This document shows positions 46,677 to 55,095 of a stretch of 64,000 bases of DNA, piece after piece (position 1 is the stretch's first letter; every line of letters starts with the position of its first letter). The position numbers and the translations under genes were made by a program. This DNA comes from a virus. The DNA lies in the IMG/VR virus record IMGVR_UViG_3300021959_010405, positions 1 to 64,000 of that record. The stretch is one strand, 5' to 3'. The notes under the pieces are model-generated. The model worked only from the letters and a program-made list of their open reading frames with translations. It was not told where the DNA came from and made no database searches.

Positions 46677-47371
46677 ATAAAGAAAGGGCTTTTATTTTTA
46701 AATTGTCCGACTAACACGGGACCTTTTGATGTTAACTCAAAAATCTTACCCTCTTTCAATTCTTCCCATTGGTTTTTACTATTAATAGAAGAAAAGTTCC
46801 CTCTATCGTCAGCAAACAATGTAGATCCCTGCCTCGCTATATAAACTTTTTTAGAATCGGTGTTGTATACCCAAACTGAAAATGTACCCTCAAGCTTAGC
46901 TAAAGCCTTTTCAATAGCAGTTACATGATTTACCTTTATTTTAGTAGATGATATGCTATTTGCCATGATAGGTATAAGTTTTGAATCAACTGATACTTTT
47001 ATACCATTGTTATATTCCTTAATTAAAGATTCCTGATTAGTAATCACTCCATTATGAGCAATTATCCATTCACCGATATGAAAAGGGTGTGTAGTCTCTT
47101 CACTCCATTTTCTATTAGACCCTGTAGGTGCTTGTAAATGACCTAAATATATATCAAACTTATCCGGTTCTAGTATTTTACTAATTTTATCTTGTTTACC
47201 TTCCCACCTCTTAACTTGGTATAGTTTTTTAATATTTTTTTTCTTGTTTGGAGAATAATTGAGTACATCATATATACCCATATAACTACCTCCCCACGCT
47301 CCTCTAATTTGATTCACGTCGTGAAGAACTTCAAACATTGATTTGTTAAAAGAACCAAATATCGCACACAT
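46673..47371 (-). CDS. Stand-alone class II (Ntn) glutamine amidotransferase
   Basis: N-terminal M-C-A-I-F-G, HPF, AHNGVI, DS, LEGTF; TATAAATA 5 nt upstream. Confidence 0.85.
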   Translation of the reverse strand: MCAIFGSFNKSMFEVLHDVNQIRGAWGGSYMGIYDVLNYSPNKKKNIKKLYQVKRWEGKQDKISKILEPDKFDIYLGHLQAPTGSNRKWSEETTHPFHIGEWIIAHNGVITNQESLIKEYNNGIKVSVDSKLIPIMANSISSTKIKVNHVTAIEKALAKLEGTFSVWVYNTDSKKVYIARQGSTLFADDRGNFSSINSKNQWEELKEGKIFELTSKGPVLVGQFKNKSPFFI

Positions 47372-47466
47372 AACCTTATTTATAAAAGAATTAGTTTAAA
47401 ACAAACTCCTCAAATTAATAATAAATATAATTCCTAAAAAATCCACTTGTTTGAATAAATATTTCT

Positions 47467-48942
47467 ATGAAGCCATGGCAAAATGATATTTTCAGCTTAT
47501 ATGTCGAACAAAGAGGTCGAGCAGGTCGCAATGTAGGTAAATACCACCCTAAATTAAAAGGAACTAGACAGGACGTTAGATCTGCAGGTCTTTCAGTTCC
47601 AAGTAGAGATGCTCCTAATTTTATTGCGACATTATTATATAATTTAGACATATTTGATGATGCAGAAGCTGACTCTATTATACGCGCGACATCATCTCCA
47701 GCACGGGGAGAGTCCTTAATGCAATCATTGGAGGCTCATTCCGACGAGATTATTAAACGTCAAGATGATATTTCTAATGCATACGAAGAGGAGTTAACAA
47801 AGTATGTAAATAGAGCTAAAATCAATAGAGGTCGTGGGGGTAAAGGTAGTAAAGGTCGTACAGAGAGATACGAAGCTCAGGCAGCTGCTATTGAAATAGC
47901 AAAGCAACAAAAAGAACTATTGAAGCAAATGAAGTCTCAAGGTGTTGATGCTGCTACGTCTATAGAGGATGCTATTTTAAATAGTATGGAGAGTACAAAA
48001 GACGAGACTCTAGTCTCTATGCAAATAAGAGGTCTTACAGATGCGGATGGTTTAATTGATACAATCGAAAAGTTAGGTGTTGATAAATCTGATATTGGCG
48101 TTGAAAGGGTTTCGGGGGGAGTTGTTGTAGATTTCTTTATATCGACAAATTCTCGTATAGGTAGGGATTTCGAAAGTATTCCTCCTACAGAAATTGATGA
48201 TATGTTTAGTAGATTTAGTTCCTCCGGTGAGGTTGTTGTGGAGGTTCTGCCTCCTGATGATATTGCTGATGCCATATCTGGTTTAAAATCAAGTTTATCT
48301 CAACCAGATAGAAAATCGAAAGGCGAAACTTACGACGAGCCAGAAAAGGAAGATAGCGAGGTAGAGTTTGACCCTAAAACATCGGGGGAAGTACCAACTG
48401 TTACGTCAGTAGATGATGATGAAGACTTTAGACCTACAGAAGATGATTTTGATGAGGTAGGTGTTGCATATGACCCGTCGTTTAGTCGTGAGGATGATTA
48501 CGACGTAGACTCGGAGGATATGAACTATGATCCAATGAACCCATATGATGAGGATCGGTTCGAAGATGAAGAGGGTGAGCGCGAATGCGAAGAATGCGAC
48601 GGAGAGGGAGGTAAAGAATATCCATATCAAGGAGAAATGGAATGGGAAACATGTAGATCTTGCAAAGGATCTGGTAAAACTAATCAACCATCACGCTACG
48701 GTGAAGATCGATATGAAAACGAAGAGGCAAAGCCAGATTATATTGATATCGATGGGGATGGTGACAAAGAGGAGCCGATGAAAAAGGCTGCTAAGGAGAG
48801 AGAAGAAGAAAACAATGAAGAAAATATCAATGAAGGGCACAAAATGTCACCCCAGCAAGCAAACCAATGGATGACTCAACAGCGAAACGAGAGAATGCGC
48901 AGTTATATGAAGCATGACGAGCGCTGGAAAGGATATTATTAA
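47467..48942 (+). CDS. Acidic late protein (probable internal head protein)
   Basis: TAAATA-TTTCT-ATG; D/E-rich C-half with two CxxCxGxG motifs and DIDGDGDKEE. Confidence 0.65.
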   Translation: MKPWQNDIFSLYVEQRGRAGRNVGKYHPKLKGTRQDVRSAGLSVPSRDAPNFIATLLYNLDIFDDAEADSIIRATSSPARGESLMQSLEAHSDEIIKRQDDISNAYEEELTKYVNRAKINRGRGGKGSKGRTERYEAQAAAIEIAKQQKELLKQMKSQGVDAATSIEDAILNSMESTKDETLVSMQIRGLTDADGLIDTIEKLGVDKSDIGVERVSGGVVVDFFISTNSRIGRDFESIPPTEIDDMFSRFSSSGEVVVEVLPPDDIADAISGLKSSLSQPDRKSKGETYDEPEKEDSEVEFDPKTSGEVPTVTSVDDDEDFRPTEDDFDEVGVAYDPSFSREDDYDVDSEDMNYDPMNPYDEDRFEDEEGERECEECDGEGGKEYPYQGEMEWETCRSCKGSGKTNQPSRYGEDRYENEEAKPDYIDIDGDGDKEEPMKKAAKEREEENNEENINEGHKMSPQQANQWMTQQRNERMRSYMKHDERWKGYY

Positions 48943-48957
48943 TTTAAAAAAAAGATT

Positions 48958-50322
48958 ATGACTAATGATACAGATCTAATTTTTGAAAGATATTGCAATA
49001 TACAAGAAGGTATTTTTCAGCGAGGGAGAGCCAAACTAAACGCATTCGGTGAAACTGATGAAAGTCTTCAGAATTTAATTAACCAATATACAAAAAAAAT
49101 AGGTAAACATGTAGGAGATTTAGAAGCTGATTTAAAAACATTTAAAGGAAGTCTTCAGCCAATAACTCAAGAAAAAATGGCGATTTTACTTAATAATTTA
49201 AATAGCGCAGGAGTCGAAAGTGCTCAATCCGCACTAGGTAAAATAGGTCATATGTTAGGTAGATTCGTCGGCGCTGCAGCTCCTGCAGCTGCAGTCACTG
49301 CATTAGCTGCTGGTACTGGTGGTTTAGGTGGAATAGCTACTGGAGCACTCGCAGGCGCAACTCGAGGGCTTCAACGTAATTTAACTAGGACTGATATCGA
49401 TACTAAAAATAAATTTGGAAATGTTGCAAAAACTACCGCTGCCGGCGCTGCGATTGGAGGTGTAAGTGACTTTGTTGCAAGCAAGTTAGCTAATGCACCT
49501 GATGCAGGATTTGAACCAGCAGGGCCACCTAGCGAGTTAGCTAATGCACCTAGCGAGTTAGCTAATGCACCTGATGCAGGATTGGACCTAGCAGGTGCAC
49601 CTAGCGAGTTAGCTAATGCACCTGATGCAGGATTGGACCTAGCAGGTGCACCTAGCGAGTTAGCTAATGCACCTCTACAGGATACCATTGGTGCAATGCC
49701 GGAGTTACCTCCTATGAATCCCGACCTTTTCCAAAATTTGCACAATTCTTCGTATGATCCAAATAGTATAGTAGATCAGGCTAAGATGTTGTTGCAACAA
49801 CAGGCGGAGCAGCAAGGAATAACTGATCCAAACGAAATTGCTAATTTCGTTTATAGAAATGGTGGTATTGAAACTCTAGATAGTGTAGGGGCTGAGGAAA
49901 TTATTAATAACTTTAATTCTACAGTGGACCAAATTGCAAGTCAAGCTATTGAACCGGGAATCACGTTTTCGGAATTACCAACAGATCTTAAGTCTAGCGC
50001 GGAAGGTCTCTATAATCAAATGATAGAAAAGGGTTATTCAGCTGAAGATGCATCAAATGAATTGAGTGGCATTAATGATATATTCGCCGGCACTAAGAGG
50101 GTATCAGGAGATGACGCTGCCGTGGAAGTGGTTAAAGATTATGTAAAAGGAGTCGCTGAGGATATAGCCAGCCCAGGAACTTCTAATAACACTCTTAATG
50201 TACTTCAAAACGCGGCGAGGCGCGGCAGGCTGACTGATGAAATGAAACAACTTTTTCTTAATAAAGCTATAGAAAGAGGAGCTACTGACGGAGAGTTACA
50301 GGCTATTATGAATTTAAATTAA
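48958..50322 (+). CDS. Gly/Ala-rich protein with tandem repeats (probable head/ejection protein)
   Basis: MTNDTDLIFERY..IQE-G leader; hydrophobic GA-zipper; SELANAP repeats. Confidence 0.65.
   Translation: MTNDTDLIFERYCNIQEGIFQRGRAKLNAFGETDESLQNLINQYTKKIGKHVGDLEADLKTFKGSLQPITQEKMAILLNNLNSAGVESAQSALGKIGHMLGRFVGAAAPAAAVTALAAGTGGLGGIATGALAGATRGLQRNLTRTDIDTKNKFGNVAKTTAAGAAIGGVSDFVASKLANAPDAGFEPAGPPSELANAPSELANAPDAGLDLAGAPSELANAPDAGLDLAGAPSELANAPLQDTIGAMPELPPMNPDLFQNLHNSSYDPNSIVDQAKMLLQQQAEQQGITDPNEIANFVYRNGGIETLDSVGAEEIINNFNSTVDQIASQAIEPGITFSELPTDLKSSAEGLYNQMIEKGYSAEDASNELSGINDIFAGTKRVSGDDAAVEVVKDYVKGVAEDIASPGTSNNTLNVLQNAARRGRLTDEMKQLFLNKAIERGATDGELQAIMNLN
49480..49674 (+). repeat. 51-bp/21-bp coding tandem repeat
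   Basis: agcgagttagctaatgcacct occurs 5 times (first copy has one mismatch), 3 of them extended by a 30-bp block. Confidence 0.92.
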
Positions 50323-50338
50323 CCCCATTAATACATTA

Positions 50339-50893
50339 ATGAAAAAATATGACACAGATATTATTTTAGAGAAGCAATTATCACAAATTGATGAAGGTCT
50401 TCTAGATCGCATAAAAGCTAAAGCTTCTGGAGCTAAAGCTTTCCTCACAACTGACATGGGTAAAGGATTAGGTGGTATGAGTCAAAACTATCAAGAGACT
50501 GCCCAATCAAAGCTTATTGATAATAAGATTGAAAAAATACATAAAATTATATTAGATTTAGAAACAGATCTAATGAAAACTGCAGGAATGAGTACTGAGA
50601 CTTTAAAAAATCAATACCCTCAGATTTATCAGCAGTTACAGTTTTTAAGAAATTCAGTATCTCTTAACCCGCAACAACAGCAAGCCCCGCAACAACAGCA
50701 AGACCCGCAACAACAGCAAGACCCACAGCAACGCTCATTTAACCCCGGAGATGTAATTAAATACACTAGTACAAGAAACCCTCAAGGGGAGCAGGCTGAA
50801 GTTGTAGAGGTTTTGCAAAACGGAAATATACAGGTTAAGCCAGTAGGCAAATCTAATCCTGTTTTTGCTATATCCCCAAATCAAATTCTATAA
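50339..50893 (+). CDS. Probable head protein with PQQQQ repeats and SH3-like tail
   Basis: QIDE-GLLDRIKAKASG; C-terminal FNPGDVIKY...AEVVEVLQNG. Confidence 0.65.
   Translation: MKKYDTDIILEKQLSQIDEGLLDRIKAKASGAKAFLTTDMGKGLGGMSQNYQETAQSKLIDNKIEKIHKIILDLETDLMKTAGMSTETLKNQYPQIYQQLQFLRNSVSLNPQQQQAPQQQQDPQQQQDPQQRSFNPGDVIKYTSTRNPQGEQAEVVEVLQNGNIQVKPVGKSNPVFAISPNQIL
50669..50731 (+). repeat. 18-bp coding tandem repeat (PQQQQA/D)
   Basis: ccgcaacaacagcaag(c/a)c, 3.5 copies. Confidence 0.88.
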
Positions 50894-50960
50894 AAAAACA
50901 CCTAAAGACCTAAATAATATTATGAATAAAGACTCAGAATTAATCTTTGAAAATTATAAA
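50892..50960 (+). repeat. Promoter+leader cassette copy C
   Basis: aaaaaaacacctaaagaccTAAATAatattATGaataaagactcagaattaatctttgaaaattataaa. Confidence 0.85.
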
Positions 50961-51644
50961 TCTATAAATGTAAAACAGTTAATGCTCGAATCATCTTTTG
51001 ATACATTTGAGCGAAACGCGCCTAACGTAAATACTCTAGAAGAGGCGTATGCAATTTTAGATATATATGAGATGTTAGAGGAAGCTGGGTTTTTTGGAGC
51101 TGTAAAAAATGTAGCTCGAGGGGCTGGTAATACCTTAAAGGCAGGAGCTACTAAATTAAAAGCCGGAGCTCAACAAGTCGGTGACGTGGTAAAATCGGGA
51201 GCTCAACAAGCTGGTAGTGCCTTAAAGGCAGGAGGTGCTGGATTGGCAGCTGGAGCTCAACAAGTTGGTTCAAATGTAGCCGATATGGCCCGGACTGGAG
51301 CTGCCGTCTCGCAAGGTCAACAAGTAATTAAACAAGCCGCTACAGCTGCACAACAAATTATTGATCTCGTAAACAAAGCAAAGCAAATCTCTCCAGAAAC
51401 ATTCACAGGCTCGCAAGGTCGTGAGCTCGCTCAAAATATATCAAATCTTCCGCTTATAAAAATAATGGATTATTTAGATGAACTAGCTGCAAATACCACC
51501 GCTGCAGCTACGGCCGCTAGTGATAAAGGAATATTTGGAGGGGCCGGCGCTGCTGCAAAGCAGGCCGCTTCTAATGAATATCAACAATCTCAGCAAGCAG
51601 CACAACCAGCAGCACAACCAGCTGCAGCTGCTCAACCAGCTTAA
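50922..51644 (+). CDS. Ala/Gln-rich probable head protein
   Basis: Start placed at ATG 50922 by the late promoter; MNKDSELIFENYK leader; KAGAQQVG repeats. Confidence 0.68.
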   Translation: MNKDSELIFENYKSINVKQLMLESSFDTFERNAPNVNTLEEAYAILDIYEMLEEAGFFGAVKNVARGAGNTLKAGATKLKAGAQQVGDVVKSGAQQAGSALKAGGAGLAAGAQQVGSNVADMARTGAAVSQGQQVIKQAATAAQQIIDLVNKAKQISPETFTGSQGRELAQNISNLPLIKIMDYLDELAANTTAAATAASDKGIFGGAGAAAKQAASNEYQQSQQAAQPAAQPAAAAQPA

Positions 51645-51649
51645 TAAAT

Positions 51650-52411
51650 CTACAATAGGTTCTTAAAGGCGTAGACTTCGTATGGTATGAGGTCTACGCC
51701 TTTTTCTTTGTATACATCAATTAATCGCTTTTGATCCTTATATAAGCAAGGATCTGCATAACCAGCCTCTAGAAATCCTTGTAATCTTAGAGATGAGCTT
51801 GCAGTTGTGGACTCAGGTAATTTACCACCTTCGTAGCATGTCCAGGTTTCACTAAACATTACCTTGTTATTAATACCTTCTTGAACGATCTGAGCTTTAG
51901 ATAGATCTATAAGCGGCGCCTCTATCCTTATGGGATTATCTCTATTAAGATTTAATATATTATTAATAGAATCTAAAAATTCAGGCGAGCCATCCCAGTA
52001 TCCAGCAAGAGAATCTGCTTGAGCTGCACCATGCCATACTGTATCTGCTCCTACAGCTTCAGCGTGAGCAGCACATATACTCAAAAACATCATATTTCTG
52101 TTAGGTACATATGTTTTAGGCTGAGCTTCACCCATAATATCTCTAACGTTAGGGGTTTCTATACTATTGTTTGTTAGAGAGCTAGTAGGTGCGAGTTCTC
52201 TAAGAAAGTTAACATCTAATACCTTGTGATGAATATTTTTATTCTTTTTAAGGGCGTGTTTAATTTGCATATGAGCAAATTCTATCTCTTTTTTATGTCT
52301 CTGACCGTAATCAAACGTCAAACAATGAATAGAATCAAATTCATTGACTGCTTTATGTAGGAGAACAGAAGAATCCATGCCTCCAGATATTGGTAATACT
52401 AATTTATTCAT
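51650..52411 (-). CDS. queC: QueC-family PP-loop ATPase lacking the zinc-binding Cys cluster
   Basis: ISGGMDS, FDYGQRH, YVPNRN, APL, TWTCYEG. Confidence 0.85.
   Translation of the reverse strand: MNKLVLPISGGMDSSVLLHKAVNEFDSIHCLTFDYGQRHKKEIEFAHMQIKHALKKNKNIHHKVLDVNFLRELAPTSSLTNNSIETPNVRDIMGEAQPKTYVPNRNMMFLSICAAHAEAVGADTVWHGAAQADSLAGYWDGSPEFLDSINNILNLNRDNPIRIEAPLIDLSKAQIVQEGINNKVMFSETWTCYEGGKLPESTTASSSLRLQGFLEAGYADPCLYKDQKRLIDVYKEKGVDLIPYEVYAFKNLL
51665..51709 (+). terminator. Probable intrinsic terminator of the + strand island, inside the queC 3' end
   Basis: AAAGGCGTAGAC...GTCTACGCCTTT (12-bp perfect stem) followed by TTCTTT. Confidence 0.65.
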
Positions 52412-52421
52412 ATTGTGTTAA

Positions 52422-52610
52422 TTACCCAATTTTATATTCGTAATCTTGGAAATTGAAGCGTACGTATTTATTAGTGTAATAAATCTCTCGGTGTTTGACT
52501 CTATCGCAATGTGTCGTCCACTCACTTTCACCGATTTTTCTACCGGATATAGTTTTACCGTCTTTCGCTGCTTGTATAATCGCGATTTGTTCATCGTATG
52601 TATATTTCAT
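52422..52610 (-). CDS. Small conserved-type phage protein
   Basis: IQAAKDGKTI...W...FNFQDYEYKI pattern common in phage hypotheticals. Confidence 0.55.
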   Translation of the reverse strand: MKYTYDEQIAIIQAAKDGKTISGRKIGESEWTTHCDRVKHREIYYTNKYVRFNFQDYEYKIG

Positions 52611-52615
52611 TCGTT

Positions 52616-53374
52616 CTATGGTAATTTAGGGTCTAGACTCCAAGCTTCAACTACATGTTGTTTAACATAATCCCACGACATTTTAAAGGTACCATTATCG
52701 CCCCATAGATTTGACCAGGAATTTACCAATGTAATACCGCTTTCGTCAACTTCATCAACATAAACCCAATGGTAGCCCACTACAGGGTCGCTAGGGCCTG
52801 GCATTAAAAGCTCTCCAGTATTTTTAGTATGTATCTCGAAGGATTTATGAACTGCCATGGTTATTCCTACTGGTAGTTTTTCCTCTCCAATACAATAAAA
52901 GAAGTCATTTACAATGTTATCAAAATTTTTTTTATTGAAGTCAAATCTTTTATACCCTTTAAATTTAATAAGCTTGTCCTCACCTATTTCAGGTGGAGAT
53001 TCATTAAAGTTTTCAGGCTTCCATTCTACATCTTCGCATGTACCGATTTTAACTAAATTTTTAAAGACATCACGGGGATATGCTCCACTATTTTGTGTCT
53101 CCCAACCATTAGCTTTCCTCGCCCAATACCAAATCCAATATGGACTAAAATCTATACTATCAGTGGTAAGACGCTTATATAAGGTATGAAGCATTCCTGC
53201 CGTACCATGACCAGTACACGATCCCCATGTCCCTTGATCTAAAATTTTACCTCTATATTCTTTGAGAGAAGCTTTTTTCTTACTTGTACTACCCGCCTTA
53301 TATAAAATATCTCTACTATCTGGTAGAGATGGTAATACATATGAATATTTGTTTCTAAGTTTTGATAATTTCAT
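52616..53374 (-). CDS. Papain-like (C1A) cysteine protease
   Basis: DQGTWGSCTGH (Q/C), GYHWV (H), NSWS..WGDNG (N). Confidence 0.88.
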   Translation of the reverse strand: MKLSKLRNKYSYVLPSLPDSRDILYKAGSTSKKKASLKEYRGKILDQGTWGSCTGHGTAGMLHTLYKRLTTDSIDFSPYWIWYWARKANGWETQNSGAYPRDVFKNLVKIGTCEDVEWKPENFNESPPEIGEDKLIKFKGYKRFDFNKKNFDNIVNDFFYCIGEEKLPVGITMAVHKSFEIHTKNTGELLMPGPSDPVVGYHWVYVDEVDESGITLVNSWSNLWGDNGTFKMSWDYVKQHVVEAWSLDPKLP

Positions 53375-53691
53375 ACACCTTCAAATGATAAATTTAAAAA
53401 TAAATCAATAGACTTAACAACAATTGTACGATCTTTACCTGCTGCCCATTTGTTGATAGCACTATATTTAATTTTATTAATGTTACCTTTCAAGTAATCT
53501 TCCCTATAGCTTGTAATTAAATCCTTATCACGTGTAATATATACGAGTTCAGTTAAATATTTAGCCTTAATAAAACTCTCACTGGATGCAGGGGGTTCTA
53601 CATCATGAGAACGATTTACAATTGCACAGCTTGTAACTAATACAAAAGGCAGTATAAATATCAATAGTTTTTTACTAAAATTCGTTAGCAT
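53371..53691 (-). CDS. Putative lipoprotein
   Basis: MLTNFSKKLLIFILPFVLVTSC: basic N-region, hydrophobic core, lipobox-like Cys. Confidence 0.6.
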   Translation of the reverse strand: MLTNFSKKLLIFILPFVLVTSCAIVNRSHDVEPPASSESFIKAKYLTELVYITRDKDLITSYREDYLKGNINKIKYSAINKWAAGKDRTIVVKSIDLFLNLSFEGV

Positions 53692-53884
53692 ATAATTCCT
53701 TCTCATCATTTTCTTGATCTTTATCATCTATTAAAATTATTATCTCTTGATTTTTTTTAATTGTTTTAATTAATTTTTTAAATAATTTCTCTTGGGTTTT
53801 ATTTAATAAAGTTATACCACCATTCGAAACGGCTTCCATCGTCTCAATTAAGTCGTCCTGCAAAAAATATTTTTTAAGCTTCAT
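53675..53884 (-). CDS. Hypothetical protein
   Basis: 69-aa ORF overlapping both neighbours. Confidence 0.5.
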   Translation of the reverse strand: MKLKKYFLQDDLIETMEAVSNGGITLLNKTQEKLFKKLIKTIKKNQEIIILIDDKDQENDEKELYANEF

Positions 53885-55004
53885 CCTTTACAACATCTCC
53901 GGTTTCGCTCTCTACAATCTCTTCAGGAACCTCTTCTTCTCCCTCCTCTAGATTACTGTACATCCATTCTGATTTAATTCTTTCTTCTAGTCTAGGTATA
54001 ATAGTCTCTTCCCAGAGATCAACATCCTTTCGAAAGTTTTTATAATATCCGATTTTTTTACCATCCTCTAACTGGTAAGTAGATCCAGTCTGTATCAAAA
54101 CACCTAAACCTACAGCAATATCTAATAGACCATAAAATCTGTCTAGACCTTTTGAGAAGGATAGGTACATCTCTCCTTCGAGATATTGCTTTAAAAAACG
54201 ATTTTTTCTTGTAAGAGCTCTAATAATAATACCAGAATATTTTTTCTGACTTACAGCAAGTTTACCATCACTGATCTTACCACCATCCTCCTTCATAGGT
54301 TTGCGAGCTAGCTGGACTGTTACAGATGGCAGATATACAACCGATTTGCCTCCAGGCATATTTTTCTCAATTGATGGAAACATTGCAGATGGGTCATCGT
54401 ATACATGGTTAGTAAGCAATACAGTTGTTTGTGTTGTAGCACCTAAATTAGTACATGTTTGAAGTAATGATTTAATTGCTCTAGCTTTAGTACCCATATC
54501 GACTGCGGTACTCTCTTTATTCATTCGATTTAACTCAAGCTCGGATTGAAGATTCCCTAATGAATCTACTGCGATAATAAACTTACCTTCAAGCCCCTTT
54601 TCTTTAATAGCTTCGAATAATTTATAAATAGCATTTCTTGTTTGTTCAATACTAGAACATGGTACATATTTTACATTTGAAATATCTAGACCAATCCTCT
54701 CAGCGGATTCCGGGTCGATCGCGTTCTCAGTATCAAATACGACTGGTATAAGACCTTCCTTTTGTGCATTAGCAAGAATCTTCATAACAAATAATGACTT
54801 ACCAGTCATCGACTCACCCGCTAACATAGTCACTCGACCTTTGGGAATGCCTCCATTTACAGAACCAGAAATTATTGAATTTAATACATATGATCCTGTA
54901 TCGATCCAGCCCTTTACCAGACTAAGGGAAGAGTTATCCAAGTAAGATGCGAAAGGGTTAATTTCGTCAATCTCATCTAATGCGCTTTTTATATCTTTAT
55001 CCAT
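53874..55004 (-). CDS. uvsX: RecA-like recombinase
   Basis: IDTGSYVLN, AGESMTGKS, FDTE, AVDSLG, DMG..A, TNHVY, PGG. Confidence 0.93.
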   Translation of the reverse strand: MDKDIKSALDEIDEINPFASYLDNSSLSLVKGWIDTGSYVLNSIISGSVNGGIPKGRVTMLAGESMTGKSLFVMKILANAQKEGLIPVVFDTENAIDPESAERIGLDISNVKYVPCSSIEQTRNAIYKLFEAIKEKGLEGKFIIAVDSLGNLQSELELNRMNKESTAVDMGTKARAIKSLLQTCTNLGATTQTTVLLTNHVYDDPSAMFPSIEKNMPGGKSVVYLPSVTVQLARKPMKEDGGKISDGKLAVSQKKYSGIIIRALTRKNRFLKQYLEGEMYLSFSKGLDRFYGLLDIAVGLGVLIQTGSTYQLEDGKKIGYYKNFRKDVDLWEETIIPRLEERIKSEWMYSNLEEGEEEVPEEIVESETGDVVKDEA

Positions 55005-55044
55005 ATACTACAAATAGTATAATATATATTTTAAATTAGTCCAT

Positions 55045-55072
55045 AAAAAAAGCCCCCGTAGGGGGGCTTTTT
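55045..55072 (-). terminator. Intrinsic (bidirectional) terminator
   Basis: AAAAAAAGCCCCCGTAGGGGGGCTTTTT downstream of the gp43 operon. Confidence 0.85.
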
Positions 55073-55095
55073 AATTATTTATTTTATATTATTTT

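Noticed and set aside
49480-49674. CRISPR-like array
   Set aside because: The intervening segments are near-identical rather than unique, and everything is in frame within a CDS.
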